Source of the DNA: Sulfolobales archaeon
GTDB lineage: Archaea > Thermoproteota > Thermoprotei_A > Sulfolobales > NBVN01
DNA length: 64,000 nucleotides
NCBI GenBank assembly: GCA_025058345.1
Contig: JANXEN010000003.1
Location: forward strand, 119,578 to 183,577
Reading direction: 5' to 3'
The notes beneath the pieces were generated by a model, which was not told where the DNA came from, did not search any database, and was given only the letters and a program-made list of their open reading frames with translations. Position numbers and translations under genes: made by a program. This document shows positions 59,680 to 64,000 of this stretch, one piece after another. The first letter of the stretch is position 1. Every line of letters begins with the position of its first letter.

Positions 59680-61137
59680 ATGAGTGAATTAGACTTTAAG
59701 AAATACCTAGACCAAATAGAAAAGCCTCCTAAGTTAGAGCTTAAGTGGATATGGACTGTTGCCGGTCCAGGAGCCATAATTGCTTCCTTGACCGTAGGAA
59801 GCGGTGAGCTTGTTTGGACGCCTAGAGCTGCTGCAGCTTTCGGCTACGCTATGGTTTGGGCCTTCCTATACGGCATCTGGATTAAGGGTATAGTTCAATA
59901 TTTAGCTAATAGATGGCATACATTGACAGGTATCCCAGCTTCGATAGCGACTGGCAAGGTCCTAACGAAGTGGTTTAACTTATTCCTTGCTGGCACAATA
60001 TTGTCAGTTATGCCTATGTGGTTTGTTACACTGAGCTCCTTATCAGCGCAAGTGCTTTGGATTTCTACAGGTAGGCGTATGGATTTACTGTACTTCTGGA
60101 TATTAGTAGTGGTAGCTACGGAGTTATTGGTAATATTTGCGGCTAGGTTAGGTAAGGCATATAAGGCTATAGAGAAAATTAGCTTAGTAGTTCTTTGGAG
60201 CATGTTTATAGGCTTCTGGGCGGGGGTCCTCCTAGGAACTAGGCCTGATTGGGGTGCGTTCTTCTCGAACCTATTTATACCTAAACCAATTCCACCATAT
60301 GAGAGTTGGATCAGAACAGCAGCTCCCGATATATGGGCTTTAACACCTTTAATGCTGTTGGGAACCGCCTTAGGTTCTTTAGGTGGAGGTATTCAGGACT
60401 ACGTTGGTTATCAAGCAATGCTGAGGGAGAAGGGCTGGGGCTTCCTTAAATTCTCTGACGATATGTTGAAGAAAGTCCATGAAATGGGTTTAAGTAAGAT
60501 ATCCTTACCGGAGGATGAGGAATCTCAGAAGAAGATAAAGGGTTGGTTACTACCAACTAAGTTTGATTGCGGTTTATCGTTCTTCATGGTCTTCATCACC
60601 ACAATACCTGCTGTAATATTAACTATTGAGGTGTTACGTCCAAGGCAAATCGCGCCATCAGGACTTAGACTAGCTGAAGTGCAGGTAGCGTGGCTTACTG
60701 AAACCTTAGGTCCCTGGGCAGGATTATTATGGTGGTTGGGTTCGTTCTTCGCTTTCTGGGGAACCTTCTACGGCCTTCATGAGGTGTATATGTGGACAAT
60801 ATATGATATGGTTAGAGGTACTTTCAAGAAATTTGCTGATATAACCCCCAATAAAGTCAGGATGTACCTATGGCCATATTTAATTATCATAGGCTCTATC
60901 TTCTTCCTAACTAACTTTTCACTACCTATACTGACGGCATTTGCATCTGCTGCAACGCACCTATTTGCTTTAGCGATATGGGGGATAGCGCTTCTCTACC
61001 TAAACATGAAGTACTTACCTAAGAGTTATAGACCACACATAATATTGGTGATTCTAGCCATAATCGGTATATGTGTGTACTTGCCATATGGATTGATACA
61101 GCTCATACAAGTATTCGTCCCAACATTCAGAATATAA
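59680..61137 (+). CDS. Nramp/MntH-like family membrane transporter
   Basis: GPGAIIASLTVGSGELV, about 11 hydrophobic segments. Confidence 0.75.
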   Translation: MSELDFKKYLDQIEKPPKLELKWIWTVAGPGAIIASLTVGSGELVWTPRAAAAFGYAMVWAFLYGIWIKGIVQYLANRWHTLTGIPASIATGKVLTKWFNLFLAGTILSVMPMWFVTLSSLSAQVLWISTGRRMDLLYFWILVVVATELLVIFAARLGKAYKAIEKISLVVLWSMFIGFWAGVLLGTRPDWGAFFSNLFIPKPIPPYESWIRTAAPDIWALTPLMLLGTALGSLGGGIQDYVGYQAMLREKGWGFLKFSDDMLKKVHEMGLSKISLPEDEESQKKIKGWLLPTKFDCGLSFFMVFITTIPAVILTIEVLRPRQIAPSGLRLAEVQVAWLTETLGPWAGLLWWLGSFFAFWGTFYGLHEVYMWTIYDMVRGTFKKFADITPNKVRMYLWPYLIIIGSIFFLTNFSLPILTAFASAATHLFALAIWGIALLYLNMKYLPKSYRPHIILVILAIIGICVYLPYGLIQLIQVFVPTFRI

Positions 61138-61217
61138 GGCTAAACTAAACTTTTTTTAATCCACAATCAATTTCCAATTTACTTATTTACAATACCTGAG
61201 ATTATTACTTAATTTGT

Positions 61218-61277
61218 GGTCCCAGTCGCTCCACCGACATCACTAAACTCAGAGATAGTCGTCAGGTCATCCCAATA
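61218..61277 (-). ncRNA. probable box C/D guide sRNA with variant boxes
   Basis: GGGATGA - cctgacgactatct - CTGA - gttta - GTGATGT - cggtggagcga - CTGG; the second guide is complementary to 16S GUCGCUCCACC. Confidence 0.65.
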
Positions 61278-61320
61278 TGTAATTCTTAATCGGATTAATT
61301 AACCTTAGTTTCATGTATAT

Positions 61321-61641
61321 ATGGGCATGAACTTGCTCTGCGAAGTGTGTGAGGCCTCAAATGCTGTTGCAACATGTAGGTTATGCGGTAGGAATGCATG
61401 TGCTAACCATATAGATTCGGGAGGTTTATGCAGCATATGTAAGGAGACTTTATGTAAATTATGTAGTCAAAGACTCTCAGTGAGTAGCTGCACGATATGT
61501 GGGAGGATCATATGCAGGGAATGTTCAGTTGAGCTACAGCCAGCAATAAGGGTTTGCAAGGAGTGTTTCAGTAAGATTCTTTATAGCGAATCATATTCTA
61601 AGTATCGCAAGTACTTAAGGAGATTCGCTAAAAATCTATAG
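61321..61641 (+). CDS. small Cys-rich multi-zinc-finger protein
   Basis: Seven CxxC pairs and a CxxH in 106 aa. Confidence 0.75.
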   Translation: MGMNLLCEVCEASNAVATCRLCGRNACANHIDSGGLCSICKETLCKLCSQRLSVSSCTICGRIICRECSVELQPAIRVCKECFSKILYSESYSKYRKYLRRFAKNL

Positions 61642-61660
61642 GGTGTTAATTCATTAAGAT

Positions 61661-62293
61661 TCAGTAATCAATTATATATATGGATTCACCGACTAATAAC
61701 CATGTGACGTATCTATGACTTGGTTTTAACTCACTTACTTTCACTAATAGGCTTTGGATTATTTGCTGTACCTCCTTTAAACTTAGTTGTTCTGATGAAG
61801 ATTTAATTAAACATCCCACTACTTCATAATCAGTCTTCACTGAACATATGTTAAAATTCGTTTCCTCTAAAATAAGATGTTTTTGCGGCTTATCTATTTT
61901 GAAGTACGTTAATGCATGACTTAACGGAGTGATTAAATCTTTGAAGTAGAAGTCCCCAATGTATGCATCGGTAAGCGCTTCCTCATATATTGGTGTGTTA
62001 ACTAACTCAAGTTCTGGGGAGTGAAAGCTTGGCTTAGTCAACTCCGTTAATAACTCTTTTATATGTTCTGACTTAATGATTTGATAAATGCGTTGATTGG
62101 TCCTAAACTCTTTTGTTATAAGTCTTGTTAGATCTAAGGACTCGTTCGCAGTCTTAATGCTTAGTCTGAAGTAAGTATGACTACCTTCTTTGATGGAGTG
62201 GGAGTAATTCTTTATCTCATTAACTACTTCATCAACACCTTTGTTAAGTCTTATATTATGCCTGAATACCTTACATACCTCTAGACTATACAC
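61661..62293 (-). CDS. hypothetical protein
   Basis: 210 aa ORF filling the gap between genes; no recognisable motif. Confidence 0.6.
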   Translation of the reverse strand: MYSLEVCKVFRHNIRLNKGVDEVVNEIKNYSHSIKEGSHTYFRLSIKTANESLDLTRLITKEFRTNQRIYQIIKSEHIKELLTELTKPSFHSPELELVNTPIYEEALTDAYIGDFYFKDLITPLSHALTYFKIDKPQKHLILEETNFNICSVKTDYEVVGCLIKSSSEQLSLKEVQQIIQSLLVKVSELKPSHRYVTWLLVGESIYIIDY

Positions 62294-62350
62294 ACGGATC
62301 TTTTAACTGAGGGACATTAAATTAATTATCTTATTTTTTAGTTAGATTGA

Positions 62351-63196
62351 ATGTATGAGGCGAAGACAGTGAAGTACGGATTAATATATAGTCTAAGAGA
62401 TGTTGCAGGTGTTGGAATAGCTAAGGCTATAAAGTCTATGGTTTCTGGAAAGCAAGTATTTTTAAATGGGTTAAGCGAGTCCTACTTAATTGACGATTTG
62501 GATGCGTTTTTAATTGGTGTCGATTGCGATATCACCGAATGCGAGTTTTTAGACAGTTTACTTGACATCGACTACTACGTGATGATCTCTAAACACTATT
62601 CTAATATGGGGGTTAAATCCTTCACAACGCACCACGTCGGCATACCTATACATGACCTAAGTTTAACGAGGTCTATTAACCATTTCCCGCCCTCAAATCC
62701 AAATCTATCTAAATTATTTCTAATGAATTTATCTAAGTTTTCGAAAGAAAGTGGGCTGAGCGATTTCGTAGTTTCTTATGAAGTAACCCATCACGGTCCG
62801 TTTACGTTGAGGAGACCATTAACTTTCGTGGAATTGGGGAGTTCCCCTGATGAGTGGGTTTTTAAGGAGGCTCAGGAGGTAGTAGCTCATGCAGTTATTA
62901 ATTCGCTTAACGCAGAAGTAGAGTGTGTAGCTACGGTAGGGTTTGGAGGAAATCACTATGCGAGCTTATTTACTTCACGAAGCTTAGGTAGTGATGAGTG
63001 TTACGGCCATATCGTACCGAATTATGTGTTGAAGCATTTTAAGGAAGATGCTTATGTGTTAAATAAGCTCATCGATTTTGCTATTAAGTACTCATCAACC
63101 ACTACATCTAGGGTAGTGCTTGATGATAAGGTACCATCACTCGCTAAGAAGTTAGTTAAGGATTACTGCAGTAAAGTAGGTTTAAGTATTCATTAG
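62351..63196 (+). CDS. dtdA: D-aminoacyl-tRNA deacylase (DTD2/GEK1 type)
   Basis: SKH, FTTH, YEVTHHGP, FVELGS, GFGGNHY motifs. Confidence 0.88.
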   Translation: MYEAKTVKYGLIYSLRDVAGVGIAKAIKSMVSGKQVFLNGLSESYLIDDLDAFLIGVDCDITECEFLDSLLDIDYYVMISKHYSNMGVKSFTTHHVGIPIHDLSLTRSINHFPPSNPNLSKLFLMNLSKFSKESGLSDFVVSYEVTHHGPFTLRRPLTFVELGSSPDEWVFKEAQEVVAHAVINSLNAEVECVATVGFGGNHYASLFTSRSLGSDECYGHIVPNYVLKHFKEDAYVLNKLIDFAIKYSSTTTSRVVLDDKVPSLAKKLVKDYCSKVGLSIH

Positions 63197-63204
63197 AAAA
63201 TGGT

Positions 63205-64000
63205 TTAGAAGGAGGTCTTAACTCTCCATATAGAGTATTCATTATGTTTTAGAATTTCTGAAGATGTCTGAGCACCTGACGCTACTTCAAGTACCTTAGC
63301 GAATAGTCTTTCACCAGCCTCATTTAATGTTTCAGCACCCTCAACAACACCCCCTACGCATACGTCAATAACGCCTCTTAACTTGACGCACGTTTCCGGG
63401 TTTCCAGTAACTTTAATTACTGGGGATATTGGTGAACCAGTAGGAGTGCCTCGTCCAGTTGTAAATATCACTAATTGTGCTCCGCCTGCAACTAATCCAG
63501 TCACGGATTCAATATCGTATCCTGGGGTATTCATGAATATTACACCTTTTTTACGAGGTTTTTCAGCATAATCTATTACTTCAGTTATCGGTCTTGAACC
63601 GCTTTTAATGATAGCGCCCAGAGATTTTTCCTCGATTGTAGTAAGGCCTCCCATTATGTTGCCTGGAGTTGGGTTAGTTCCTCTTATATCAAGTCCTGAT
63701 TCAAGTATCTCCTTCTCAAACCATTCTACGTACTTAAGTAGTTTTTCCTTATGATGTTCGTCTTTAATTCTCCTCAACAATAGGTGTTCAGCCCCAATTA
63801 CTTCAGGGGTTTCAGCAAACATTACAGCTGCCCCTAAATCAACTAGTTTATCACTTACGTAACCTACAGCTGGATTTGCTGCAATAGATGAAGTTGAGTC
63901 AGATCCGCCGCATTCAAGACCTACGACTAAGTTCGATATATCGAACGTATGTCTCCGTAGCTTACTTACGTCATCAACGAATTTACGTAGAATGTTTATC
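63205..64000 (-). CDS. UxaA family (altronate/galactarate dehydratase-like) protein, 5' end truncated by window edge
   Basis: The frame extends past the track start: GLECGGSDSTSSIAANPAVG...FAETPE..GAEH, NPTPGN..GGLTTIEEKSLG, FTTGRGTP. Confidence 0.88.
   Translation of the reverse strand, partial: INILRKFVDDVSKLRRHTFDISNLVVGLECGGSDSTSSIAANPAVGYVSDKLVDLGAAVMFAETPEVIGAEHLLLRRIKDEHHKEKLLKYVEWFEKEILESGLDIRGTNPTPGNIMGGLTTIEEKSLGAIIKSGSRPITEVIDYAEKPRKKGVIFMNTPGYDIESVTGLVAGGAQLVIFTTGRGTPTGSPISPVIKVTGNPETCVKLRGVIDVCVGGVVEGAETLNEAGERLFAKVLEVASGAQTSSEILKHNEYSIWRVKTSF

Overview
Gene-dense, AT-rich chromosomal segment of a crenarchaeon (class Thermoprotei, most consistent with Desulfurococcales; inferred from archaeal markers such as Tes, Taw1, NucS, XerA, Agl24, PGI/PMI, ThiDN and box C/D sRNAs). 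It is mostly core and metabolic DNA: two TRAP transporters, a five-gene group 4 [NiFe] hydrogenase in hycCDEFG order, class II HMG-CoA reductase, split MetE, tldD/tldE, a pyrimidine biosynthesis cluster, pdxST, tetraether synthase plus geranylgeranyl reductase, and tRNA-Thr(CGT). I see no CRISPR array, IS element or provirus. The most notable signals missed by the ORF track are: (1) nucS apparently starting at ACG behind a perfect Shine-Dalgarno, and a creatininase-family gene apparently starting at ATA; (2) three unannotated box C/D guide sRNAs; (3) a threonine-synthase-like pseudoenzyme fused to a winged HTH directly after pdxST, with repeated operator-like motifs at the pdxS promoter; (4) a ThiN domain that appears catalytically dead; (5) an Fe-S, queuosine-salvage-like glycosylase. 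All product calls come from motif recognition by eye, not database searches.
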